DNA of 64,000 nucleotides from an uncultured bacterium (GTDB lineage: Bacteria; Actinomycetota; Coriobacteriia; Coriobacteriales; Coriobacteriaceae), in the NCBI GenBank assembly GCA_905215725.1, contig CAJMRD010000001.1:8705-72704 (forward strand), written 5' to 3'. Position 1 is the stretch's first letter, and each line of letters begins with the position of its first letter. Position numbers and translations under genes: made by a program. This document shows positions 17,405 through 26,032 of the stretch, in pieces. A model generated the notes under the pieces. The model saw only the letters and a program-made list of their open reading frames with translations, was not told the DNA's origin and searched no databases.

Positions 17405-20122
17405 ATGGAAACTGTCAGCAATTACACCGAAACGCTCGAAAAGACCGTCCGCGACCTTCTCGAGCGGCAGGAGGATCTGATCAGGACCGCCTTTACCGAC
17501 CAGCTTACCGGGCTTGGCAACCGTGGCGGCTTTGCCCGTTCCCTCGAAGAGCTCTGGGAGCAGGACGCCCCCGTTACCATGGCGTTCATCGATATCGACA
17601 ATCTCAAGCACTGCAACGACGTCTTTGGACATGACGAGGGCAACCGCTATATCTTGCAGGTAAGTCTCTATCTTAATCTGTATATGAAGGTGGGCGAAGC
17701 GGCGTTTCGCATAGGCGGCGACGAGTTTGCCATCCTATCTACGATTGCAACCGAGGACGACCTCGCCGAACGTCTGAAACACTGCCGAACGGTTCTGCTC
17801 AAAAATAACGATTCCGAGATGCCCCACTCGTTTAGCTACGGAGTGTCACATGCCGACCCCGCCCTGGGCGAAGCTTCCAATCGCATGACGCTCGATGCCG
17901 ACCATCGCATGTACGACTACAAGCTACGTCATGCCATGCACCTCGATCGACGCAATATCACGCAAGTTCACGCCGACGACTTCGAAATAAGCGATCGAAT
18001 TTTTGACGCCTTTTCGATGCTCAATGAGGGCCGATATTTCTTTATCGAGAACTTGGACAAACATCGCACCCTTTGGTCACAAGGTGCCTTGCGCGATCTT
18101 GGCCTTCCCTCGGAGCACATAGACAACTGTCGCGATTACTGGAAAACGCGCGTCCATCCCGACGACCTTGAGGCCTGCATCAACGACATCGACCAAGTCT
18201 ACAACGGCACCAAGCACCGTCGCGTCATGCAGTATCGTGTGCGCAACGCCGTCGGCGACTACGTCCTTTGCCGTGCTCGCGGGTTTCGTATCGACGGCGA
18301 CGGAAATGTCCCCTCGCTCTATGTCGGCGAGCTCGTCAACCACTCACTTGCCGAAACCGTCGACGCCGCCACAGGCCTCGGAACGCAGCGCATGCTGGCC
18401 AACGCCATCGACGCCTGCCGCCGCGATCGTTGCGAGACAGGGCTTATAGCGGTGCGCGTTCGTGGCACGACAAAGCTCAACGAGCTCTACGGGGCCGAGG
18501 CTGTCGACAACATGCTTGCCGAATACGCAGGCCGCATGCTGTCGATCACCCGCGGCAGGAGCCGGGTCTACCGTTCACGAAGCGTCCAGTTCGTCGTGCT
18601 CAGCAACGACCTGGACCACGAGGCATTCGAGCAACTGACCCGCCACCTTAAAGAGGCCGTTTTCGCTCCTGTTCGAATCGCAGGCGACACCATTACTCCC
18701 GTCTGCCTTGTCGTCCCGGCATTTTACGAGCACTTAACCCATCAGGCGACCGCCGTTTTAGGCGAACTCGACCGTCGCCTTCGCACGGCCGGCGGGCTTG
18801 TTCCCAACGACAGCCTCCCCATACCCGAGGCTGAGCGCAAAAGCGCCATCGCCGAACGTATCGACTCGCTCACGGGCCTCTATCGACCCAGCGAGTTTAT
18901 GCGGCGCGCCAACGCTTTTCTCGAGGCAAGGCGCGACGGCGCCTGGTGCATCGCCACGGTCGACATGGGCCACATGCGCCTGTTTAACGAATGGTATGGA
19001 CAGGCCGAAGGCGACCGCCTGCTTGCCGATGTGGGCACGGTCCTCAAGGACATCGAGAATGCCGGCATGGGCGTCGCAGGGTACTGGGGCCAAGATGACT
19101 TTTGCGTACTCATCCCCTTTAAGCACATCACCGTCCATCAAATCTACAACCGCGTTCGCGAGGCAGTAGCCAGGTATGATGGCGGCGTAGGTTTTTGGCC
19201 GTCCATGGGCGTTTACCCCATCGATTCCAATGAGGAGATCACCATCGATGCGCAGGCAAAGGCCATGTTTACCAATCGGCGCGCAAAAAACGACTTTAAG
19301 GAGCGCATTGCCATTTTTTGCCCCGAGGAGTACAAGCGCGAAATCGTGTTCAACCGCACGCTGACCGAATTCCAGTACGCGCTGTCAAATGGTCGCATCA
19401 CGTACTATCTTCAGCCCCAGGTCGATATGGAAACCGGCGAGATTATTGGCGCCGAAGCACTCACCCGCTGGATTGACAAGGACGGCTCTCTCATTTCGCC
19501 CGCAACGTTTATCCCCGCACTCGAGGAAAGCGGCTTTGTAGTGACGCTCGACAAATATGTTTGGCAGGGCGTCGCCATGTGGCTCCGCGAGCGCCTCAAT
19601 CGAGGACTTCGCGTGGTTCCGATTTCCCTCAATGTGTCGCGCGTAGACATTCTTGCCTGCGATGTCGCCGAGCATATGGGGTCGCTCGCCGCCCAGTACA
19701 ACCTGCCGCCCGAACTCATGCACATCGAGATCACCGAGACCGCCTATACCGGAGAGTCCGAGGCCGTGGATAAGCTGACCGCGGATCTGCACACCCGTGG
19801 CTTCTCGACCTACATGGACGATTTTGGCACCGGCCAGTCCACGCTCGCGATGCTCAAGAACGTCAACGTCGACGTCATCAAGCTCGACCGCACCTTTGTG
19901 CCCACCGACCGCGATCAAGGCCGCAGCACGCAAATCATTTCATCGATGCTCGAAATGGCGCAGTCGCTCCATCTGCCCGTCGTGGTCGAAGGCGTCGAGA
20001 CAAATGAGCAGGCGAACATGCTACGACAAATGGGCGCCCGCTACGCTCAGGGCTTCCTCTACTACCGCCCCATGCAGGCGAAGGATTTTGAGGCATTGCT
20101 CGATGGCGGCAATAACAACTGA
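17405..20122 (+). CDS. multidomain c-di-GMP protein: GGDEF(active)-PAS-degenerate GGDEF-like-GGDEF(GQDDF)-EAL
   Basis: RIGGDEFAIL near residue 100. A PAS-like block follows (RYFFIENLDKHRTLWSQGA...YRVRNAVGDYVLCRARG). A second cyclase domain carries WGQDDFCVL. The C-terminal EAL domain has EALTRW, EITET, DDFGTGQS and EGVET. Confidence 0.85.
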   Translation: METVSNYTETLEKTVRDLLERQEDLIRTAFTDQLTGLGNRGGFARSLEELWEQDAPVTMAFIDIDNLKHCNDVFGHDEGNRYILQVSLYLNLYMKVGEAAFRIGGDEFAILSTIATEDDLAERLKHCRTVLLKNNDSEMPHSFSYGVSHADPALGEASNRMTLDADHRMYDYKLRHAMHLDRRNITQVHADDFEISDRIFDAFSMLNEGRYFFIENLDKHRTLWSQGALRDLGLPSEHIDNCRDYWKTRVHPDDLEACINDIDQVYNGTKHRRVMQYRVRNAVGDYVLCRARGFRIDGDGNVPSLYVGELVNHSLAETVDAATGLGTQRMLANAIDACRRDRCETGLIAVRVRGTTKLNELYGAEAVDNMLAEYAGRMLSITRGRSRVYRSRSVQFVVLSNDLDHEAFEQLTRHLKEAVFAPVRIAGDTITPVCLVVPAFYEHLTHQATAVLGELDRRLRTAGGLVPNDSLPIPEAERKSAIAERIDSLTGLYRPSEFMRRANAFLEARRDGAWCIATVDMGHMRLFNEWYGQAEGDRLLADVGTVLKDIENAGMGVAGYWGQDDFCVLIPFKHITVHQIYNRVREAVARYDGGVGFWPSMGVYPIDSNEEITIDAQAKAMFTNRRAKNDFKERIAIFCPEEYKREIVFNRTLTEFQYALSNGRITYYLQPQVDMETGEIIGAEALTRWIDKDGSLISPATFIPALEESGFVVTLDKYVWQGVAMWLRERLNRGLRVVPISLNVSRVDILACDVAEHMGSLAAQYNLPPELMHIEITETAYTGESEAVDKLTADLHTRGFSTYMDDFGTGQSTLAMLKNVNVDVIKLDRTFVPTDRDQGRSTQIISSMLEMAQSLHLPVVVEGVETNEQANMLRQMGARYAQGFLYYRPMQAKDFEALLDGGNNN

Positions 20123-20152
20123 TACGCTCGCGCGCAAAACGCCACCGTCGAA

Positions 20153-20211
20153 GGGGATATTTGTCTCCATTAGCTAACTTATATCCCCAATTCAAACCGA
20201 ATTGGGGATAT
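20153..20211 (+). promoter_or_regulatory. three-part repeat forming two mutually exclusive hairpins between the two c-di-GMP genes
   Basis: GGGGATAT (20153-20160), ATATCCCC (20181-20188) and GGGGATAT (20204-20211). The middle copy can pair with either neighbour. The downstream hairpin is ATATCCCCAATTC-AAACC-GAATTGGGGATAT (13 bp). Confidence 0.4.
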
Positions 20212-20249
20212 GATACAAACCGTTGTTCCGCCCAAGGAGGTTATCCATC

Positions 20250-21779
20250 ATGAACGAGTCGTATCGCCTGGGCGAGCAATCGATTATTGCCTATCTTCAG
20301 CGACTTGCGAACGGCGTCTCGACCGCCGAACTCGATGTTGCCGCGCTGCCTGCTGGGCTACGCGCCGTTGGTGAGCAACTGCAAAAGACGCATGCCATCC
20401 TGCAACAAGAGCGCCAGCTGCTTGAGCGCAACGCCTATATCGATCCGCTCACCAACTTGGGCAACCGCAACGGATTCGACCGTCACGTCGAGCAACTCTG
20501 GCGCAAAGGCGATCCTTTCACCTGCGCCTATATTGACATCGACCATCTCAAGCATTGCAATGATAGGTTTGGCCACGCCGAAGGCAATCGCTATATTCTG
20601 GGCATCTGCCGCACGCTCTCCGAAACCATGGAGCACGATGAGATGCTGCTCCGTATCGGTGGAGACGAGTTTGTGCTCATCTCGCTCTCCGCAAACGAGA
20701 TTGAACTCGAGCAGCGCTTGGAGCAGGTACGTACCAGGCTGATCGAGGCGAGCTCAGGTGGCAAGGCGCCCATGATCGGCAGCTTTAGCTTTGGCTGCTC
20801 GCGCGTCGATCCACTTGCTGGCGACACGCGTCGCCAGATGACGATGGATGCCGATCGCAAGATGTATCGCTATAAGCTTATGCATCGTGTGCAGCAACCG
20901 AAAGACGATGACGCGCCGCAACGCCCAATCGTCGATCAGCTTCCCTGCAACGACCGGGTGTTCCAAGCGATCTCCATGAGCTCCGAGACGCGCTATCCGT
21001 TTATCCTCAATCTCGATACGGGAGAATCGCAATGGTCGGTTAACGCCGTGCGCGATTTTGACCTGCCCTCCCAGCACCCTTTTAACTCACTCGACATGTG
21101 GCTCGCCCGCGTTCATCCCGAGGACCGCGACAACGTACGTGCCGAACTCGACATGGTGATAAACGGCACGTGGCACTTCCACTACATGCAGTATCGCGTA
21201 ATGGATGCCACCGGAAAATACGTGCTTTGCGACTGCACGGGCTACCGCTTGGACGGCACCGATACCGAGCCCGGCATGTATGTGGGCATTATCATCAACC
21301 GAAGCTTGGCAGATACGACCGATTCCGTGACCGGCTTGGGCGATATTCACGCCCTGGTCAACGCCATTGGCGAAATGCGTCGCGTGGCGCGCAAGGCGGG
21401 GTTGATCGCCATTAAAATCGATGATATCGCTCAGGTCAATGCCCGTTTTGGCTTTGATGCGGGCGACCGTGTTTTGGCAGAATATGCCGCCTGTCTGGTG
21501 GAATGCTCGCGCGGTAAGGGTCGTATGTTCCGCTCGACGGGGCCGATGTTCGTGGCGCTTTTCGACGACTTTGATCCCGAAGAAACCGATACGATTGCAG
21601 AGGAAATCGAGCGGTTCCTGGGTTCGCCCGTGCTCTTTGGCCCATTTGAATATCAGCCGCCCATTCGCGTGGCCACGCTCCATCTGGACGGCGTCGACCG
21701 TCAGCCCGTTTCGATTTTGAACGAGCTCAAAGCGTTGCTCGGGAAAGCCGTGCAGGTGCCAGGTACCAAACTGGATTAG
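20250..21779 (+). CDS. diguanylate cyclase: GGDEF(active)-PAS-degenerate GGDEF-like, a paralog of the N-terminal half of the preceding gene
   Basis: ATG 20250 after AAGGAGG. DPLTNLGNRNGF...RIGGDEFVLIS. The PAS block (RYPFILNLDTGESQWSVNA...YRVMDATGKYVLCDCTG) is collinear with the upstream protein. Confidence 0.85.
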   Translation: MNESYRLGEQSIIAYLQRLANGVSTAELDVAALPAGLRAVGEQLQKTHAILQQERQLLERNAYIDPLTNLGNRNGFDRHVEQLWRKGDPFTCAYIDIDHLKHCNDRFGHAEGNRYILGICRTLSETMEHDEMLLRIGGDEFVLISLSANEIELEQRLEQVRTRLIEASSGGKAPMIGSFSFGCSRVDPLAGDTRRQMTMDADRKMYRYKLMHRVQQPKDDDAPQRPIVDQLPCNDRVFQAISMSSETRYPFILNLDTGESQWSVNAVRDFDLPSQHPFNSLDMWLARVHPEDRDNVRAELDMVINGTWHFHYMQYRVMDATGKYVLCDCTGYRLDGTDTEPGMYVGIIINRSLADTTDSVTGLGDIHALVNAIGEMRRVARKAGLIAIKIDDIAQVNARFGFDAGDRVLAEYAACLVECSRGKGRMFRSTGPMFVALFDDFDPEETDTIAEEIERFLGSPVLFGPFEYQPPIRVATLHLDGVDRQPVSILNELKALLGKAVQVPGTKLD

Positions 21780-21853
21780 CACCGCGCCCGCGCCGCCTCC
21801 CCCATCGTGCGATAATCCTCTGCAGAAGTCACCAAAAGCAGAGGGAGTTTGTG

Positions 21854-22477
21854 ATGAAGGTTCTTTTGGTCAATGGCAGCCCCAAGGCAAACGGCAACAC
21901 CGCCCGTGCACTCGCCGAGGTCGCCGAGCAGCTCAATGCAGAAGACATTGATACCGAGGTGTTTCAGCTGGGCACCAAGCCCATTCGCGACTGCATTGGC
22001 TGTGGTCAGTGCGGCAAGCTCGATTGCCGCTGCACCTTTGACGATGACGTGGTGAACGAGCTGATCGCTGCCGCCGAGCAGGCAGATGGTTTTGTCTTTG
22101 GCTCGCCCGTCTACTATGCGCACCCCAGCGGACGCATCCTTTCGGCCCTCGATCGCGCCTTCTATGCCGGCAGCAAAGCCTTTGCACACAAGCCGGGCGC
22201 TGCCGTCGCCGTTGCCCGTCGCGGCGGCACGTCGACCACCTTCGACGTGCTCAATAAGTACTTCACCATCAACCAGATGCCCGTGGTTGCTTCCACGTAC
22301 TGGAACAACGTGTTTGGCGCCATGCCGGGCGAGGCCGCCCAAGACGCCGAGGGCCTGGCCACCATGCGCAACATCGGCAAGAACATGGCCTGGCTCCTGC
22401 ATTGTATCGAGGCAGGACAGGCCGCCGGCATCGAAGCCCCCGAAGCCGATCGCGAGCGCACCAACTTCATCAGGTAG
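21854..22477 (+). CDS. iron-sulfur flavoprotein / NADPH-dependent FMN reductase family
   Basis: MKVLLVNGSPKANGNT flavodoxin-like start and a compact Cys cluster CIGCGQCGKLDC (Cx2Cx2Cx4C). Confidence 0.75.
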   Translation: MKVLLVNGSPKANGNTARALAEVAEQLNAEDIDTEVFQLGTKPIRDCIGCGQCGKLDCRCTFDDDVVNELIAAAEQADGFVFGSPVYYAHPSGRILSALDRAFYAGSKAFAHKPGAAVAVARRGGTSTTFDVLNKYFTINQMPVVASTYWNNVFGAMPGEAAQDAEGLATMRNIGKNMAWLLHCIEAGQAAGIEAPEADRERTNFIR

Positions 22478-22494
22478 AACGGCGGAACAAATAC

Positions 22495-22836
22495 ATGAAC
22501 GTGCAAATTTTTGGCACCAAAAAGTCTTTCGATACCAAGAAGGCTCAGCGTTATTTTAAGGAGCGCCGCATTAAGGTGCAGTTTATCGACCTTAAGGAAA
22601 AGGAGATGAGCAAGGGCGAGCTCACGAGCGTGATGCAGGCGGTCGGCGGCATCGACAAGCTGCTCAACCCCAAGGCTAAGGACGAGGAGACGCTCGCGCT
22701 CATCCAGCACCTCACCCCTAGCCAGCGCTTCGACAAGCTGCTCGAGAACCAGCAGGTCTTGGCCGAGCCCATCGTGCGCAACGGCAAAAAGGCCACCGTC
22801 GGTTATTGCCCCGATGTATGGGGAGCCTGGGAGTAG
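22495..22836 (+). CDS. ArsC/Spx/YffB-family protein lacking the N-terminal redox cysteine
   Basis: MNVQIFGTKKSFDTKKAQRYFKERRIKVQFIDL aligns by eye with the YffB/ArsC N-terminus, but has S/F where the Cys normally is. IVRNGKKATVGY is the C-terminal motif. Confidence 0.65.
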   Translation: MNVQIFGTKKSFDTKKAQRYFKERRIKVQFIDLKEKEMSKGELTSVMQAVGGIDKLLNPKAKDEETLALIQHLTPSQRFDKLLENQQVLAEPIVRNGKKATVGYCPDVWGAWE

Positions 22837-22922
22837 CCTGTGTTATTTGCCGGCGCGTAGGTATAAGAGCAGGCGTTTGGCATATGATTCAACTGTAAGC
22901 CATGTCTAACAAAGGAGGGCAC

Positions 22923-24053
22923 ATGCCCAACAAACCCGTGAAAATCATCATGCTTACCGGATACCTCGGTGCCGGCAAGACCACGCTGCTCAACCACATC
23001 CTCGCTAACGACGGCGGTATCCGCGCCGCCGTGATCGTCAACGATATTGGCGAGATCAATGTGGACGCCAGCCTCATCGCCGACGGCGGCCTTTCCGAGA
23101 CCGACGACCTCATCCCGCTCACCAACGGCTGCATTTGCTGCACGCTTTCGGACGACCTTGCTAACCAGCTGCAGGGCATCGCCGATTCGGGCAACTTCGA
23201 TTACATCATCATCGAGGCCTCGGGCATTTGCGAGCCCATCCCCATCGCCTACACCATCTCGAGCTTCTGCGACGAGGCCAAGGTGGGCGGCGAGCCTAAG
23301 CTCGCGCTCGACAACATCGTGGCCGTGGTCGACTGTGCCCGCATGTACGACGAGTTCAACGGCGGTCGCGACCTGCTGGCTGAGGATATCGACGAGGACG
23401 ACATCGAGAGCCTGCTCATCCAGCAGATCGAGTTCTGCTCCACGCTGATCCTCAACAAGACCGATACCGTGAGCCCTGAGCAGATCGCCGAGCTCAAGGC
23501 CATCGTGCGCAGCCTGCAGAAAGACGCCGTGATCGTCGAGGCCCAAAACGGCGAGGTCCCCATGGAGGAGCTGCTCGATACCGACCGCTTCGACTTTATG
23601 CGCGCCTACAACTCCGCCGCTTGGATCGAGGCCATGGAGCATCCCGAGGAGCACGACGACCCCGAGGTGCTCGAGTACGACATCGAGACCTTTGTGTACT
23701 CGCGCCGTAAGCCGTTTGACCTGCAGAAGTTCACCGATTTTGTTGAGCAGGAGTGGCCCGACGAGGTCATTCGCGTCAAAGGCCCGCTGTGGCAGACCGG
23801 CGATCCGGACATGTGCTACATGTTTGAGCAGGCCGGCCACCAGATGCGCCTGATGGAGAACGGCCTGTTTGTCGACTCGGCGCCCGAGGGCGAGAAACAG
23901 AAGATCATCGACGAGAACCCCGAGATCATGCAGATTTGGGACGACGAGACGGGCGACCGTATGACGAGCCTGTGCATCATCGGCCGTCACATGGACAAGG
24001 ATGCGCTCATCGCCTCCCTCGATGCCTGCCTGACCGACTGGCACCGCGCCTAG
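22923..24053 (+). CDS. COG0523 (CobW/YeiR/ZigA-type) G3E metallochaperone GTPase
   Basis: GYLGAGKTTLLNHIL P-loop and GCICCTL CxCC motif. ATG after AAGGAGGG. Confidence 0.85.
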   Translation: MPNKPVKIIMLTGYLGAGKTTLLNHILANDGGIRAAVIVNDIGEINVDASLIADGGLSETDDLIPLTNGCICCTLSDDLANQLQGIADSGNFDYIIIEASGICEPIPIAYTISSFCDEAKVGGEPKLALDNIVAVVDCARMYDEFNGGRDLLAEDIDEDDIESLLIQQIEFCSTLILNKTDTVSPEQIAELKAIVRSLQKDAVIVEAQNGEVPMEELLDTDRFDFMRAYNSAAWIEAMEHPEEHDDPEVLEYDIETFVYSRRKPFDLQKFTDFVEQEWPDEVIRVKGPLWQTGDPDMCYMFEQAGHQMRLMENGLFVDSAPEGEKQKIIDENPEIMQIWDDETGDRMTSLCIIGRHMDKDALIASLDACLTDWHRA

Positions 24054-24095
24054 GTTTATCCAAGCGGGTATTTTTCCGCTTACGTAACCGCCAAG

Positions 24096-24127
24096 CCACC
24101 ACGAAGGTGCCCTTCGTGGTGGTTTTT
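24096..24127 (+). terminator. intrinsic terminator
   Basis: CCACCACGAAGG-TGC-CCTTCGTGGTGG followed by TTTTT. Confidence 0.8.
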
Positions 24128-24148
24128 CGTTCTATGCCAAGGAGATTC

Positions 24149-24748
24149 ATGTTCAACATTGTGCTGTATGCGCCCGAGATTCCGGCCAATACGGGCAATA
24201 TCGGCCGCACCTGCGTGGTTACCGGCGCCCGCCTACATCTGGTGGAGCCACTGGGCTTTTCGCTCGACGACAAGACAGTACGTCGCGCCGGCCTGGGCTA
24301 CTGGCAAAACTTGGACGTGACCACCTATGCCGGCTGGGAGGATTTCCTTGCGCGCAACGACCTCTCCCCCGCCGACGAGCGCCTGCACTTGCTGACCAAA
24401 AAGGCGCGCCGTACCTATGCGCAAAGCACCTACCGCGACGGCGACTTTTTGGTCTTTGGCAGCGAGAGCTCGGGCATTCCCGAGCCACTGCTTGCCGCGG
24501 CGCCCGAGCGTTGCGAGCGCATCCCCATGCTGCGCGATTGCGACTCACTCGATAACGCCGAGGCTTGGGAAGCTCACGAGGAATCGCTGGGGCATACCGA
24601 GGACAGCCACGAGGCCATCCTTCAACAGGATATCTGCGGCAACTTCGTCAACCCGGACGACTACCGCATCAGCGCACTCAACCTCTCCAACAGCGCCGCC
24701 ATCGTCCTCTACGAAGCCCTGCGCCAAACGGGCTTTCCGGGAATGTGA
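24149..24748 (+). CDS. trmL: tRNA (cytidine/uridine-2'-O)-methyltransferase TrmL (SPOUT) with an internal insertion
   Basis: MFNIVLYAPEIPANTGNIGRTC...IPM[~45 aa]ISALNLSNSAAIVLYEALRQ. Start at ATG 24149 after AAGGAG. The upstream part of the track ORF overlaps the previous gene and terminator. Confidence 0.85.
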   Translation: MFNIVLYAPEIPANTGNIGRTCVVTGARLHLVEPLGFSLDDKTVRRAGLGYWQNLDVTTYAGWEDFLARNDLSPADERLHLLTKKARRTYAQSTYRDGDFLVFGSESSGIPEPLLAAAPERCERIPMLRDCDSLDNAEAWEAHEESLGHTEDSHEAILQQDICGNFVNPDDYRISALNLSNSAAIVLYEALRQTGFPGM

Positions 24749-24772
24749 CAAAGGGACTATCCTTTTGTCACA
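24744..24772. repeat. TGACAAAGGG...CCCTTTGTCA hairpin repeat, copy 1 of 4
   Basis: TGTGACAAAGGGACTATCCTTTTGTCACA. The trmL TGA stop codon (24746-24748) is part of the left arm. Confidence 0.7.
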
Positions 24773-24891
24773 TTCGAGCGCCACGTCGATGGCACACACG
24801 CCTAATTGAGCTCTAGATAAAGAGCCCTCACTTTTAATCAGAATTAACTAAAGTAAAATGAAGTTAAACGGCGGTGTGAAAGGAGAGCCTT

Positions 24892-25992
24892 GTGAAATAT
24901 CTCGAGAACCCGTTTACCCCCAGTTTTGGTGAGGTTCCTGCCCATCTCGCTGGCAGACAACAGATTATTCGGGATTTGGACCGTGCCTTCTTGAGCCAGC
25001 GCAGGCGCCCAGAATTGACCTCGATCTTCTCAGGCGCGCGTGGAACCGGTAAAACCGCTCTCATGTCGTCGCTCGCGACAAGGGCGGAATCCGACGGCTG
25101 GATAGCCGTAAAGACGACCGCGCTCCCGGGAATGCTTGAGGAAATCGAGTTCGGAGCGAAACGTGCTGCCGGCCATCTTATCGACCCGTCTAAGAACTTC
25201 GAAGTCACCGGTCTCGGAATTGCACCGCTCGGCAGCATCGAGGTCAGTCGCGTTCACGATGCCTCAACGTGGCGTTATCGCATGAGCGACATCATCGACC
25301 AGCTCAACGAGGCGGGCACCGGTCTGCTCGTCACGGTTGACGAGGTGGACCCGACACTCGACGAGATGATTCAGCTCGCAGCGACGTATCAGCACTTTGT
25401 GACCGATGGGAAACGCGTCGCCCTGCTCATGGCGGGACTTCCCAACAACGTATCGACGTTGCTGAACCACAAGACGGTCTCGTTCCTTCGCCGCGCCCAA
25501 CAATATCATCTGGGTCGCATTGCCGACTATGACGTACGCGAGGCCCTGATTCGCACAATCCAGGAAAACGATCGCCTGGCAGATGCTGGGGGAATCGATA
25601 GAGCCGTTCGCTCGATCTCTGGTTTTCCCTTCCTATTGCAGCTCGTAGGCTACCGTGCCTGGGATCTCACAAGCGATTCGAAGGAAATCTCGTCACGCGA
25701 CTTTGACCTGGGAATCAAAATCGCGCGCGACGAGATGGACGACCGAATCCTCGCGGCAACCTATCGGGAACTCACTGCAGAGGACAAGCGATTCCTCATC
25801 GCCATGCTCGATGACGAGGAAGAGTCCACCACCGCTGACCTTGTCGAGCGCCTTAAGCGTTCGCCGCAGCAGGTCTCCCGCTACCGACGCCGCATGATAG
25901 ATGCCGGCATCATTGGAGAACGCGGGCGCGGAATCGTCGCTTTTGAATTGCCATTCTTCCGCGACTATCTCGCAGCTCAATGCGTGAAATAG
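24892..25992 (+). CDS. AAA+-type ATPase with C-terminal winged-helix-like domain (ATPase paralog 1)
   Basis: GTG start after GAAAGGAG. NPFTPSFGEVPAHLAGR, Walker A GARGTGKT, Walker B LLVTVDEVD, FLRRAQQ, and a C-terminal ~70 aa with a MarR-like wHTH pattern. Confidence 0.75.
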   Translation: MKYLENPFTPSFGEVPAHLAGRQQIIRDLDRAFLSQRRRPELTSIFSGARGTGKTALMSSLATRAESDGWIAVKTTALPGMLEEIEFGAKRAAGHLIDPSKNFEVTGLGIAPLGSIEVSRVHDASTWRYRMSDIIDQLNEAGTGLLVTVDEVDPTLDEMIQLAATYQHFVTDGKRVALLMAGLPNNVSTLLNHKTVSFLRRAQQYHLGRIADYDVREALIRTIQENDRLADAGGIDRAVRSISGFPFLLQLVGYRAWDLTSDSKEISSRDFDLGIKIARDEMDDRILAATYRELTAEDKRFLIAMLDDEEESTTADLVERLKRSPQQVSRYRRRMIDAGIIGERGRGIVAFELPFFRDYLAAQCVK

Positions 25993-25998
25993 AAGTCA

Positions 25999-26029
25999 AT
26001 GTGACAAAGAGGCAGTCCCTTTGTCACAT
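25999..26029. repeat. TGACAAAG...CTTTGTCA hairpin repeat, copy 2 of 4
   Basis: ATGTGACAAAGAGGCAGTCCCTTTGTCACAT, between two convergent stop codons. Confidence 0.7.
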
Positions 26030-26032
26030 CGC

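Noticed and set aside
22837-22922. Zur box upstream of the COG0523 metallochaperone gene.
   Set aside because: There is no AT-rich palindrome resembling TGAAAATGATTTTCA-type Zur operators. Zinc regulation is still possible but unsupported here.
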